From Candidatus Dormiibacterota bacterium (GTDB lineage: Bacteria > Chloroflexota > Dormibacteria > Aeolococcales > Aeolococcaceae): a DNA stretch of 64,000 nucleotides. Numbering within the stretch: position 1 is the first letter of the stretch; every line of letters starts with the position of its first letter. Under the pieces are notes generated by a model. The model worked only from the letters and a program-made list of their open reading frames with translations, did not search any database and was not told the origin of the DNA. Where the stretch lies: positions 864,001-928,000 of the forward strand of contig OY970355.1 of assembly GCA_963718525.1 (NCBI GenBank), read 5' to 3'. Position numbers and translations under genes: made by a program. This document shows positions 49,008 to 58,621 of this stretch, piece after piece.

Positions 49008-49055
49008 CGAACCGGTTTTGCTGACACGCCGCTCCTATACTGGGCCGACAGGCGC

Positions 49056-50096
49056 ATGCGCCATCACCGGGCTCGTTCTCTCCACATCCTCGCCATGGCC
49101 CCGGTCGCCGCGATTGCCGCGGCTGTCCTCGGCCCGACGCCTCACGCCGTCGCAGCGTCCAGGGCACCAGCTCCGATCGTTGTCACCATCGATCCGGCCC
49201 ACGGCGGCCGGCCTGATCCGGCGCATCCGACCCACCCATTCGATGTCGGGGCGATCGCACTCAATGGTCTGGTCGAGAAGAACGTCGACCTCGACGTCGG
49301 AATCCGGCTGGCGAAGTTGCTGCGCGACGACCTGGTCGACGTGGTCATGACCCGAACTTCCGACGTCTACGTCTCACCCGCACAGCGCGAGCGGATCTCG
49401 ATTGCACATCACGCGGCACTCGTGGTCGGCATCCAGGCGAACGCCTCCGCCAATCCTCGTATTGGCGGCTCTCTCGTGCTCTATCCGGCAGCGGCGAGTG
49501 CGGCATTCGCGCAGACAGTGAGTGACGCACTCACCGCTCAGATCAGCGTTGATGGGACCCCCGACGGCGGTACGCGTCTCGGCGACACCGCGTGGGTTCG
49601 CAACCCCGTACCCCTGGCGTCAGTGGCGATGGGATATCTGAGCAACGGGGTCGACGCCTCGCTCATGGATACCGCGTTGTTCCGGCAGGATGTGGCGATC
49701 GGCGTGCGCGACGGGATCGAGGCGTACCTGCCCGCGATCGTCGCCCGACGCGACGCGATCCGAGCCTGGCGAAGCAGTCACCCCGGAATGGTGGCGCCAG
49801 GCTCCTTCGCCCCGGCGTCCGCCGTGCTTGGTGGGACCAACGGGTTCCAGTTCGGTGTGGTCATCGCCTGGCTTGCCGCCATCAGCGCCGCCGGGCTGGT
49901 GCTCCTGTTCCGTGAGGCGGTCGGACGCTTTATCGTGGTGTTCGTCGCCCTGATGGTTCGCCTGATCGGTGCGGTGATGTGGCTGGCCACTCATGTGGTG
50001 AGAAGAGGCCGCCGCCGCGCTCGGGTCCGCGCGGGCTGGCAAGCCGAGCCGGAACAGGTCAGAAGTGGATCCGTGTACGACGATATTCCGCTCTGA
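49056..50096 (+). CDS. Amidase_3-fold protein with degenerate active site and C-terminal TM helices
   Basis: IDPAHGG, EK, VVMTR retained; GIQAN for SIHAN; VAMGYLSN for VExGFxSN. Confidence 0.75.
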   Translation: MRHHRARSLHILAMAPVAAIAAAVLGPTPHAVAASRAPAPIVVTIDPAHGGRPDPAHPTHPFDVGAIALNGLVEKNVDLDVGIRLAKLLRDDLVDVVMTRTSDVYVSPAQRERISIAHHAALVVGIQANASANPRIGGSLVLYPAAASAAFAQTVSDALTAQISVDGTPDGGTRLGDTAWVRNPVPLASVAMGYLSNGVDASLMDTALFRQDVAIGVRDGIEAYLPAIVARRDAIRAWRSSHPGMVAPGSFAPASAVLGGTNGFQFGVVIAWLAAISAAGLVLLFREAVGRFIVVFVALMVRLIGAVMWLATHVVRRGRRRARVRAGWQAEPEQVRSGSVYDDIPL

Positions 50097-50207
50097 GCAC
50101 TGAGGACACGAGCATTCGGCGGCGGTAGCACCACGTGCCGGCACAGGCAGGCACCCCGACGGTGGTCTCGGGTCGTGTCGCGCGCGGCCTTCGGTAGACT
50201 TCGGCTC

Positions 50208-51386
50208 ATGGGTGAACCACAGCTCCGCGTTCCCGGTCCGACCCCGCTCCCCGCTCGCGTGGTCCGCTCCGCGAGCCGTCCCATGATCAACCACCGCGGC
50301 CCGGAGTTCGCCGCGCTGTTGGATGACGTCATCGGTGGCCTGCGCTGGGCGCTGCGCACCGAGAACGACGTTCTCCTGTACCCGTGCAGTGGCACCGGCG
50401 GCCTCGAGGCCGCGGTCGTCAACCTGCTGAGTCCCGGCGAGCAGGCGCTGTTCTGCGTCATGGGCTCGTTCGGCGAGCGCTGGGCGAAGATCGGCGACAT
50501 CTACGGCGCCGGAGTCGTGCGTCTGACCGTTCCCCCGGGCGAGCCGATCGACCCTGAGGATGTCGAGCGAACCCTTGCCGAGCATCCCGAGATCACCACG
50601 GTCTTCGTCACGCACAACGAGACATCGAGCGGCGTCACCAACGACCTTGCGGCGATCGCCGGTGTCGTCAAGAGCCGCGGCAAGATGCTGGCGGTCGACA
50701 GCGTCAGCGGAGCGGGATGCCTGCCCCTGGAGACCGATGCGCTCGGCGTGGATGTCCTGGTCACCGGCTCGCAGAAGGGCTGGATGGCACCTCCCGGCAT
50801 CGCCATGCTCGCCGTGAGCGCAGCCGCGTTCGCGCGCTCCGAGACGGCCACGAATCCACGCTTCTATCTCGACTTCGGGCGCGAGAAGAAGTCCCAGGAC
50901 AAGAAGCAGACCGCGACCACACCGGCGATCTCGGTGGTGTTCGCGCTCCAGGAAGGTCTCGCCATGCTGCGCGAGGAGGGCTTGGAGAACGTCTGGGCCC
51001 GCCACGCACGTGTCGGCCGGATGATCCGCGCGGGCGTCGAGGCGATGGGCCTCAAGCTGCTCGCCGCCCCGGGTCATCGGAGCGACACGGTCACCGCCGT
51101 GCACAGCCCGGCGGACACACCTGAGGCGCTCAAGCAGCTGCTCACGACCCTGCGGACGGCGCACGGCCTCGTGCTCGCGGGTGGGCAGGAATCGCTGATG
51201 GGCAGGATCTTCCGTATCGGCCACCTCGGCTACATCGACGACGCCGACGCCTACACGATCCTCGCGCTCCTCGAGGCTGGCCTCATCGACACGGGGCTGC
51301 GTACCCGTGGCGGGCTCGCCATCGCGGCGGCACAGGCGGAAGCGCGCGGGACAGTCGCGCAGGCAGAACCCGTCAGCGTCGGGTGA
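50208..51386 (+). CDS. Class V PLP aminotransferase (alanine-glyoxylate/SerC-like)
   Basis: PGPTP, HNETSSG, DSVS, GSQKG, FRIGHLG. Confidence 0.9.
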   Translation: MGEPQLRVPGPTPLPARVVRSASRPMINHRGPEFAALLDDVIGGLRWALRTENDVLLYPCSGTGGLEAAVVNLLSPGEQALFCVMGSFGERWAKIGDIYGAGVVRLTVPPGEPIDPEDVERTLAEHPEITTVFVTHNETSSGVTNDLAAIAGVVKSRGKMLAVDSVSGAGCLPLETDALGVDVLVTGSQKGWMAPPGIAMLAVSAAAFARSETATNPRFYLDFGREKKSQDKKQTATTPAISVVFALQEGLAMLREEGLENVWARHARVGRMIRAGVEAMGLKLLAAPGHRSDTVTAVHSPADTPEALKQLLTTLRTAHGLVLAGGQESLMGRIFRIGHLGYIDDADAYTILALLEAGLIDTGLRTRGGLAIAAAQAEARGTVAQAEPVSVG

Positions 51387-52999
51387 CCATCACCGCCGAC
51401 CCGCGCACCGTGGCCGGTACCGTGACCCGCATCCTCGTGGCTGACCCGATCGCCGACGATGGCGTGACCCGGTTGCGCGCGGCGGGCGAGGTTGACGTCA
51501 TGACCGGGCTGGAGCCGAGCGCGCTCCGCGAGCGCATCGGCGACTACGACGCGCTCGTGGTTCGCAGCGAGACCAAGGTGACGGCCGACGTGTTCGCTGC
51601 TGCACCGCGCCTGCGTGTGGTCGGACGCGCCGGTGTCGGCGTCGACAACATCGACATCGAAGCCGCCACGCGCCACGGCGTCCTCGTGCTCAACGCACCG
51701 ACCGGTAACACGATTGCTGCGACCGAGCACGTCATCGCGATGATGCTGGCCCTCGCCCGCAATCTTCCCGCTGCCGACCGCTCGCTCCACGCGGGGCTCT
51801 GGGAGCGCTCGAAGTTCATGGGTATCGAGCTGCGCGAGAAGACGCTCGGCGTGCTGGGTCTTGGCAAGATCGGATCCGAGGTTGCCCGCATCGCCCGCGA
51901 GGGTCTGCGCATGCGTGTGCTCGCCCACGACCCGCTGGTCACGGCCGAACGCGCCCAGCAGCTCGGCGTCGAGCTCGTCGACTTTGAGACGCTGTTGACA
52001 GAAACCGACTTCCTCACCGTGCACGTGCCGCTCACCGATGCCACCCGCGGCATCATCGGTGCGGCGGAGCTCAGGCGGATGCGCAAGGGAGCCCGGCTGA
52101 TCAACGTCGCGCGGGGCGGCATCATCGATGAGCACGCGCTCGCCGACGCGATACGCGATGGGCAGATCGCCGGAGCCGCCATCGACGTGTTCACCAAGGA
52201 GCCGCCTGACCCGGCCAATCCGCTGCTCCAGGTCGAGAAGGTCGTTGTGACCCCACACCTCGGCGCCAGCACGCGCGAAGCCCAGGTGAACGTGGCCTTC
52301 GACGTCGCCGATCAGATCGTCGAGTACCTCGCTGGCGGCACGCCGCGGTATGCGGTCAACGCGCCGACCGTGCTGCCCGAGGAGCTCGCACGCCTCCAGC
52401 CGTACCTCGTCCTCGCCGAGAAGATCGGATCGCTTGCGGCGCAGCTGGACGGTCGCAAGCTGCGCCATATCGTGTGCAGCTACTCCGGCGAGCTCGCCGG
52501 CATCGACACATCGATCATCACCGCGCACGTGCTGCGCGGTCTCTTTGCGCACTTCACGGAGACGCGCGTGAATCCCGTCAACGCCAAGGTGGTTGCCACG
52601 TCGATGGGCGTCGACGTCGATGAGCGTCATACCACGCGAAGCGTCGATCCGGAGGGGTCGCTGCTCGTTGAGGTGCGTGGCGAGCAGACGCTGCGCATCG
52701 CCGGAACCCAGTTCGATGACGGTCCCCGGATCACGCGCATCAACGATTTTCGCGTCGACATGCAACCTGCGGGCACGTTCCTCGTGGTCACGCACCAGGA
52801 TCGCCCGGGCGTGATCGCCGCCATCTCCACACTGCTCGCGCGGCACGACGTCAACATCGCGGGGATCGAGCTGGGCCGCGACCGGCCCCGGGGTCACGCG
52901 GTGATGCTGATGGAGATCGACGACCCGGTGGACTCCGAGTTGCTCGACGAGGTGCGCGATACCGCGATGCTCGATCAGCTTCGCCAAGTGCGGCTCTGA
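51383..52999 (+). CDS. serA: D-3-phosphoglycerate dehydrogenase
   Basis: RAGVGVDNID, GLGKIG, NVARGG, TPHLGAST, ACT domain. Confidence 0.96.
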   Translation: MTITADPRTVAGTVTRILVADPIADDGVTRLRAAGEVDVMTGLEPSALRERIGDYDALVVRSETKVTADVFAAAPRLRVVGRAGVGVDNIDIEAATRHGVLVLNAPTGNTIAATEHVIAMMLALARNLPAADRSLHAGLWERSKFMGIELREKTLGVLGLGKIGSEVARIAREGLRMRVLAHDPLVTAERAQQLGVELVDFETLLTETDFLTVHVPLTDATRGIIGAAELRRMRKGARLINVARGGIIDEHALADAIRDGQIAGAAIDVFTKEPPDPANPLLQVEKVVVTPHLGASTREAQVNVAFDVADQIVEYLAGGTPRYAVNAPTVLPEELARLQPYLVLAEKIGSLAAQLDGRKLRHIVCSYSGELAGIDTSIITAHVLRGLFAHFTETRVNPVNAKVVATSMGVDVDERHTTRSVDPEGSLLVEVRGEQTLRIAGTQFDDGPRITRINDFRVDMQPAGTFLVVTHQDRPGVIAAISTLLARHDVNIAGIELGRDRPRGHAVMLMEIDDPVDSELLDEVRDTAMLDQLRQVRL

Positions 53000-53034
53000 A
53001 GGCCTGACGCTCCGCCTGCGACGGAGACGCGCGC

Positions 53035-54315
53035 ATGGCCAGCGTTGAGCCCTTCGAGGCAACTCGATACAACCCCGAGCACGTGAAGCTCGGCGGGGTG
53101 CTCGCGCCTCCCTACGACGTGATCAGCGACGCGCAGCGGGACGAGCTGTACGGTCGCGATCTGCGCAACATCGTGCGCATCGATTACGGCCTCTCCTACC
53201 CCGATGATATCGAGGGTGTCGACGACCGGTACACGCGCGCCGCGTCGTTCCTCACCTCGTGGCGGGATCTCGGTGTCCTGGTTCGCGATACGCCCGCCGG
53301 CTACTACGCCGTCGATCACCACTTTCAGCACCCGGACGGGGGCCAGCGAAGGCGACGGGGTCTGCTCGCGACCGTGGCCGCCACGCCCTGGGAATCCTCC
53401 GACCTGCGTCCACACGAACGAACCCTCCGCGGGCCGAAGGCGGACCGTCTGGCGCTGCTGCGTGCAACGCGAGCGCAGACGAGCCCGGTGTTCGCCGTGT
53501 GGACGGGTGCGGATCGGCTCATCGAGACGCTCGACATCGTTGCCACGGGCGAGGCCCTGCTGGGAGGGCGCATCGACGGAGAGATCGCCTCGGAGAAGTT
53601 GCTGCTCTGGCGTGTCGCGGATCCGCAGCAGATTGAGGCGATCACCGGAGCCCTGCGGGGCGCCGAGCTCTATGTGGCCGACGGCCATCATCGCTACGAG
53701 ACCGCCGCAGCGTACGCGGCGGAGCGACGGGCAGCCGACCCGGATGCTCCGCGGGACGCGCCCTTCGAACGTTGCCTCGTGTACCTCACCGCGGCCGACG
53801 ATCCCGGCATCACCATCCTGCCGACACACCGTCTCGTGCGACCCGGCAGCGGCATCGCATTCAGTCTCGACGATCTCTGGGCACGCCTCGACGACGCCTA
53901 CGAGACATTGCCCGCTGCCGGCGGACGGGCGGCACTGGCTGCGGCCGCATGCATGCAGGCGACCCACCATGCGTTCGCGGTGGTCGCCCATGACGGAGCC
54001 GCGGTGCTTCGGCGTCCGCGACGCGTCGAAGGGTCCCCCCGTGAACGGCTCGATGTCGCCGTCCTCGAATCCGAGGTGCTCGAGCCTGCGGGCGTGTCCC
54101 GGGAGATGATCAGCAGCGGCGCGCTCGCGTACACGCGCGATCCGGACGGGCTCGACGCCGCGGTGAGCAGCGGCGAGGCGGTTCTCGCCTTCGGCGTGTC
54201 GCCGGTGAGCGCAGGAGATGTGATCGCCGTCGCCCGTGCGGGGGAGACGATGCCCCAGAAATCAACGTATTTCTACCCGAAGGTGCCGACTGGGCTGGCC
54301 CTGCTTGAGGTCTGA
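53035..54315 (+). CDS. DUF1015-family protein
   Basis: PPYDVI, PHERT, ADGHHR, MPQKSTYFYPK. Confidence 0.9.
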   Translation: MASVEPFEATRYNPEHVKLGGVLAPPYDVISDAQRDELYGRDLRNIVRIDYGLSYPDDIEGVDDRYTRAASFLTSWRDLGVLVRDTPAGYYAVDHHFQHPDGGQRRRRGLLATVAATPWESSDLRPHERTLRGPKADRLALLRATRAQTSPVFAVWTGADRLIETLDIVATGEALLGGRIDGEIASEKLLLWRVADPQQIEAITGALRGAELYVADGHHRYETAAAYAAERRAADPDAPRDAPFERCLVYLTAADDPGITILPTHRLVRPGSGIAFSLDDLWARLDDAYETLPAAGGRAALAAAACMQATHHAFAVVAHDGAAVLRRPRRVEGSPRERLDVAVLESEVLEPAGVSREMISSGALAYTRDPDGLDAAVSSGEAVLAFGVSPVSAGDVIAVARAGETMPQKSTYFYPKVPTGLALLEV

Positions 54316-54400
54316 ACAGCCGCCGTCACCGCGGCGTGTTTGGCTCGTGGCCGCGAGCGGGTACAGTTGGAGCGTTCAACCGCGAACAGGGAACCTTTGA

Positions 54401-54733
54401 TTGCCAACGTACGGATACCGCTGCCCCACATGCTCGACCGAATTCGAGGTATGGCAGTCGATGCGTGACAACCCTGGCGCGCCGTGTCCGAAGTGCGGTG
54501 CCGCCGCGGCCCGTCAGTTCTTTCCCGCGGGGATCGTCTTCAAGGGCTCGGGCTTCTACAAGACCGACAGCCGCGGCGCCGCTTCGTCGTCGATCACGTC
54601 GGACGGCGGCGACTCGAAGAGCGCCGTGACGAGCACGAAGACGGACACCGCAAAGTCTGAAAGCAAAACCTCTGCATCCGAAGCTTCACCGCCCGCAACC
54701 ACAAAACCGGCTTCGACTGACGCCGCCAGTTGA
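54401..54733 (+). CDS. FmdB-family zinc-ribbon protein
   Basis: PTYGYRCPTC...CPKCG...FKGSGFYKTD; Ser/Thr-rich tail. Confidence 0.88.
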   Translation: MPTYGYRCPTCSTEFEVWQSMRDNPGAPCPKCGAAAARQFFPAGIVFKGSGFYKTDSRGAASSSITSDGGDSKSAVTSTKTDTAKSESKTSASEASPPATTKPASTDAAS

Positions 54734-54774
54734 GTACGATGGATCAGCGGCTGCCCCACAACCAGGAGACCCAC

Positions 54775-55107
54775 ATGTCCCACCCCGTTACCGTCACCGA
54801 CACCAACTTCAAGGAAGAAGTCCTGGACTCGGAGCTGCCCGTCCTCGTCGATTTCTGGGCATCGTGGTGCACCCCGTGCAAGATGATCGCTCCGATCGTC
54901 GAGGAGTTCGCCACCCAGTACGACGGCAAGGTGAAGGTCGCCAAGGTTGACGTCGACGCCAACCCGATCACACCAGGCATGTTCGGGATCATGAGCATCC
55001 CGACGCTGATGATCTTCAAGGGCGGCAAGGCCGAGGAGCGAATCGTCGGCTACCAGCCGAAGCAGTCGCTCGAGGCCAAGCTCCAGGCCGTTCTCGCCGC
55101 CGCCTGA
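54775..55107 (+). CDS. trxA: Thioredoxin (WCTPC active site)
   Basis: VLVDFWASWCTPCK, SIPTL; AGGAG SD. Confidence 0.94.
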   Translation: MSHPVTVTDTNFKEEVLDSELPVLVDFWASWCTPCKMIAPIVEEFATQYDGKVKVAKVDVDANPITPGMFGIMSIPTLMIFKGGKAEERIVGYQPKQSLEAKLQAVLAAA

Positions 55108-55112
55108 ACCAC

Positions 55113-56390
55113 TCAGGCGCCGAGTAGGTCGATCACCTCGCCGGCGAGGTAGAGCGAGCCGCACACCACCACGACGCCATCTCGTCCAGCGAGGCGGCGT
55201 GCGCGGTCCAGAGCCGTCCCGACGCCGGCGGCACTCTCGGCCGGGGGATGGAACAGCCGCGATAGCTCGGCCGGCGGTGTCGCGCGCTCGACCGCCGGAG
55301 CCGTGACGATGATCTCGTGGGTGAGCGCCTCGAGCCCTGCGGCCATTGATTCGACGTCCTTGTTGCGCATCGCTGCGAACACCGCGACGCATCGCCGCCC
55401 TGCGATGAGCTCGCGTGCCGCCGCGACCATCGCGGCCATCCCGGCAGGGTTGTGAGCCCCGTCGATGAGGATCGGCGGTTGGCCGTCAATCCAGTCCATC
55501 CGACCCCGCCAGCGCACTGACTCGCATCCGCGAGCGACTGCGCCGGCACCGATGGCGACTCCGCTCGCCCTCAGCGCGTCGCTGACAGCGACCGCGGTGG
55601 CGATGTTGCCGACCTGAAACGCGCCGCGCAGCGGCGAATCGACGCTGATGGGGCGGCCATCGAACACCGTGTCCACAACCACGCCGCGCATCCCGAGGGA
55701 ACGCCCGCTGAAGGCAACGTCGACGCCGACCACGGTCAGGGACGCGCCGACATCGCTCGCACGCCCACGGATCACCGTCAGCGCCGGCTCGGTGGCGCCG
55801 GTCACCGCGCGGTTGCCGGGCTTGATGATCGCTGCCTTCTCGCCTGCTATCTCGGGAATCGTGGCGCCGAGCAGGTCCTGGTGGTCGAGCGCGACGTTGG
55901 TGACGGCGGCCACGCCGAGATCGAGGACGTTGGTGCTGTCCAGGCGTCCGCCAAGGCCGACCTCGCAGACCAGCACCTCGGCATCCGCCTCGTGCGCAAC
56001 CAGAATGCCCGCGGCCGTCAGCACCTCGAATCCGGTCGGCTGGAGTTCATCGGGGAGGGCCTCCGCGGCTTCCCAGACCCGAGCGACCAGGGCTCCGAAC
56101 TCCGCCTCGGTGATGGGAGTGCCGTCCCGGACGATGCGCTCGCAGTAGGAGACGAGATGCGGGCTGGTGAGCAGCACCGAGCGATAGCCGGCGGCGCGGC
56201 ATACCGAGTCGACGGTTGCGCAGACGGATCCCTTGCCGTTCGTGCCGGCAACCAGGACGCCTCGAAGCCCGACCTGGGGATTGCCGAGCGCGGCAAGCAG
56301 CGCCCGCGTGCGCTCGAGCCCGGGCATGATCCCGCGCCAGGCGACCGAATCCAGCGCCGCGACTGCGCGCGCGTACGTCGCGGCGGTCAC
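55113..56390 (-). CDS. folC: Dihydrofolate/folylpolyglutamate synthase
   Basis: AGTNGKGS, TSPHL, EVGLGGRLDSTN, DGAHN, GSLYL. Confidence 0.95.
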   Translation of the reverse strand: MTAATYARAVAALDSVAWRGIMPGLERTRALLAALGNPQVGLRGVLVAGTNGKGSVCATVDSVCRAAGYRSVLLTSPHLVSYCERIVRDGTPITEAEFGALVARVWEAAEALPDELQPTGFEVLTAAGILVAHEADAEVLVCEVGLGGRLDSTNVLDLGVAAVTNVALDHQDLLGATIPEIAGEKAAIIKPGNRAVTGATEPALTVIRGRASDVGASLTVVGVDVAFSGRSLGMRGVVVDTVFDGRPISVDSPLRGAFQVGNIATAVAVSDALRASGVAIGAGAVARGCESVRWRGRMDWIDGQPPILIDGAHNPAGMAAMVAAARELIAGRRCVAVFAAMRNKDVESMAAGLEALTHEIIVTAPAVERATPPAELSRLFHPPAESAAGVGTALDRARRLAGRDGVVVVCGSLYLAGEVIDLLGA

Positions 56391-56944
56391 GCCCAGTGCC
56401 AGGCCTCGTTCATCGCCTCACCCGGCTCAGGCCGTTGCACCAGCAGGCGGAGCGCCTTGAGCCAGGCTCCCCGCCGGGCGACGGCGTCTTCGATCTCCTC
56501 GACCGCGAGGTCGCGGAAGAGGCCACCGGTCTGGTGCGCGAGCACTGCCTGCAACTCCTGGTACTCGAGGAGGCCCGAAGCGTCAACGATCGCGGCGCGC
56601 CCGCCCTCAGCGTTGATGACCAGCCGGAAGACCCGACCCTGGTTGTCGTCGAAGGTCGATCTCGGCGTGATCGTGATTGCGCCGAGCGCCGGCATCAGTC
56701 CGGCGACGCGGTCGAGCCAGGCACGCTGCGGATCGGAGGACGCCTCGACGGCAGCGTCGACAAAGAGCTCACCGGCCAGCGAGAGCACCGCGGTCTGGAA
56801 CTGCGTGTAGTAGAGAAGATCGGCGCCGTTGAGGGCGACGCTGCCGACGTCCACGCCGTCGTCGCCGGCGAAGGTGACCATGAATGGGCGCGCGTAGGGT
56901 TTGCGCGCCTCCTGCTCACTCCAGCGAATCCGTAGCGAGGGCAT
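56387..56944 (-). CDS. Hypothetical protein with two internal repeats
   Basis: Coupled between folD and folC; repeated LLxYxx(F/L)Q...GxLFxDxAVE...AWL. Confidence 0.7.
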   Translation of the reverse strand: MPSLRIRWSEQEARKPYARPFMVTFAGDDGVDVGSVALNGADLLYYTQFQTAVLSLAGELFVDAAVEASSDPQRAWLDRVAGLMPALGAITITPRSTFDDNQGRVFRLVINAEGGRAAIVDASGLLEYQELQAVLAHQTGGLFRDLAVEEIEDAVARRGAWLKALRLLVQRPEPGEAMNEAWHWA

Positions 56945-56949
56945 CCGGG

Positions 56950-57816
56950 TCAGCCCTCCACACGGCCGCGCCGCACCCGCGCGAGCGCCAGCGTGTTGCG
57001 CAGCAGCATCGCGATCGTCATCGGCCCCACCCCACCCGGAACGGGCGTGAGCCACCCTGCGACGGGTTCCACCAACTCGCGGTCGATGTCGCCGACCACC
57101 ACGCCGTCTTTCGGTGTGGTACCCACGTCGATCACGAACGCGCCGGGTTTCACGTACGAGGCGTCGATCATGCTGGGGCGGCCGATCGCCGAGACGAGGA
57201 TGTCGGCCTCACGGCACACGGACGCGAGGTCCGGGGTCCTCGAGTGGCAGATCGTCACCGTGGAGTCCGCATTGGTGAGCATCAGCGCGACGGGACGTCC
57301 GACGATGGCGCTGCGTCCGATCACGACCGCCCGGCTGCCGCGCAGCGGCGCGTCGTAGCGGCGGAGGAGTTCCATACATCCGAGTGGTGTACCGGGTGCC
57401 ACGACGGCGGGATGGCCTTCGGCGAGGCGCCCGAAGTTGTACGGGTGGAATCCGTCGGCGTCCTTCTCCGGGGAGATGCGCGCCATCACCGCGTCTCGAT
57501 CGATCTGCGAGGGCAGCGGGAGCTGCACGAGGATCCCGTCGACGGCATCGTCGGCATCCAGTCTCCGCACCAGCTCGACAAGTTCATCGGTGGTGCTTTC
57601 CCGGGGTGGCGTGTGCAGCTGGAACCGGATCCCGGCGCGTTCGGCGGCTCGCCCCTTGTTGCGCACGTAGATCGCGGAAGCTGGGTCGTCGCCGCAGAGG
57701 ACCACCGCCAGCGAAGGCGGCGCCAATCCCAGTGCCTTCATCTCGGTGACGTGAGTTGCGAGCTCCTCGCGAAGTTCCGCGGCCACCGCTCTGCCGTCGA
57801 CGATCACGGCGCTCAT
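56950..57816 (-). CDS. folD: Methylenetetrahydrofolate dehydrogenase/cyclohydrolase
   Basis: YVRNK, GILVQLPLP, KDADG, GRSAIVGRP, TPVPGGVGPMT. Confidence 0.96.
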   Translation of the reverse strand: MSAVIVDGRAVAAELREELATHVTEMKALGLAPPSLAVVLCGDDPASAIYVRNKGRAAERAGIRFQLHTPPRESTTDELVELVRRLDADDAVDGILVQLPLPSQIDRDAVMARISPEKDADGFHPYNFGRLAEGHPAVVAPGTPLGCMELLRRYDAPLRGSRAVVIGRSAIVGRPVALMLTNADSTVTICHSRTPDLASVCREADILVSAIGRPSMIDASYVKPGAFVIDVGTTPKDGVVVGDIDRELVEPVAGWLTPVPGGVGPMTIAMLLRNTLALARVRRGRVEG

Positions 57817-58190
57817 GAACGGGGCCCGCCCTCTCGCTCGATGATCACCCAGCAGCGATCGATTGCTCCCGCAATGGGTGGCTGCTTGCCCACACGCACT
57901 TTCACGCTGCCGATTCGGGGCTCGATCAGCAGGACCCCGGCGATTCGCGCGGCAACTGTCTCGAGCAGCGCGAACTGCTGGTCTTCGACCACCCCGCGGA
58001 CCAGCTCGAAGACGTGGGCGTAATCGAGGGTATCGGCGATATTGTCGGTCCGGCCCGCGACGGAGAGGTCGATGCGGATCTCCACGTCGACATGAAACCG
58101 GTTGCCGAGCGTGCGCTCGGCCTGAGTTTCACCGTGGTAGCCGTAGAACGACATTCCCTCGAGAACGAGCAGATCCATCGAGCCAGGCAC
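57813..58190 (-). CDS. folB: Dihydroneopterin aldolase
   Basis: FYGYHG..AE, DTLDY, LLE, K.P. Confidence 0.93.
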   Translation of the reverse strand: MPGSMDLLVLEGMSFYGYHGETQAERTLGNRFHVDVEIRIDLSVAGRTDNIADTLDYAHVFELVRGVVEDQQFALLETVAARIAGVLLIEPRIGSVKVRVGKQPPIAGAIDRCWVIIEREGGPRS

Positions 58191-58264
58191 GGCGCGATTG
58201 TACGAAGGCGTGCCGTCGCCAACGGCCGCGAGCCGGCGGGGAGCCGGGCGATGAGGCGGCGCCC

Positions 58265-58534
58265 TCAGACCCCGCGAACGCCGCCCTCGGGTCGCAACAC
58301 CTGCTCGTGGTGATCGACCGGGTTGACCATCACGACCTGGAAGAGGTCCTCGAAATCACAGTCGAACAGCTGCATCAAAGACTGGCGCAGCTTCGGTCCC
58401 GGATTGCGCGTACCCGCCTCGAGTGCGGGAATGTAGTTCTGGGTCACCCCGAGCCGGCGCGCCAGCTCACGCTGGGTCAGGTGATGCTTGTCACGCATCG
58501 CCCGCAATCCAACGGCCCTCACCTCGACATTCAC
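58265..58534 (-). CDS. XRE-family HTH regulator (leaderless GTG)
   Basis: LTQRELARRLGVTQNYIPALEAGTRNP. Confidence 0.85.
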   Translation of the reverse strand: MNVEVRAVGLRAMRDKHHLTQRELARRLGVTQNYIPALEAGTRNPGPKLRQSLMQLFDCDFEDLFQVVMVNPVDHHEQVLRPEGGVRGV

Positions 58535-58541
58535 ACGGACA

Positions 58542-58571
58542 AATATACCCACCTGTGAGTGTGTTCGTCAA
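58542..58571 (-). promoter_or_regulatory. Sigma70 promoter of the XRE gene with a palindrome in the spacer
   Basis: TTGACG-18 bp-TATATT; ACTCAC-AG-GTGGGT at 58547-58560. Confidence 0.55.
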
Positions 58572-58621
58572 CGCAACGAGGCTCGCACCCTCGGACATCT
58601 GCTAGAGAGTCGGTTGTGAGC

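Noticed and set aside
54775-55107. WCTPC instead of WCGPC in thioredoxin
   Set aside because: Within ordinary active-site variation
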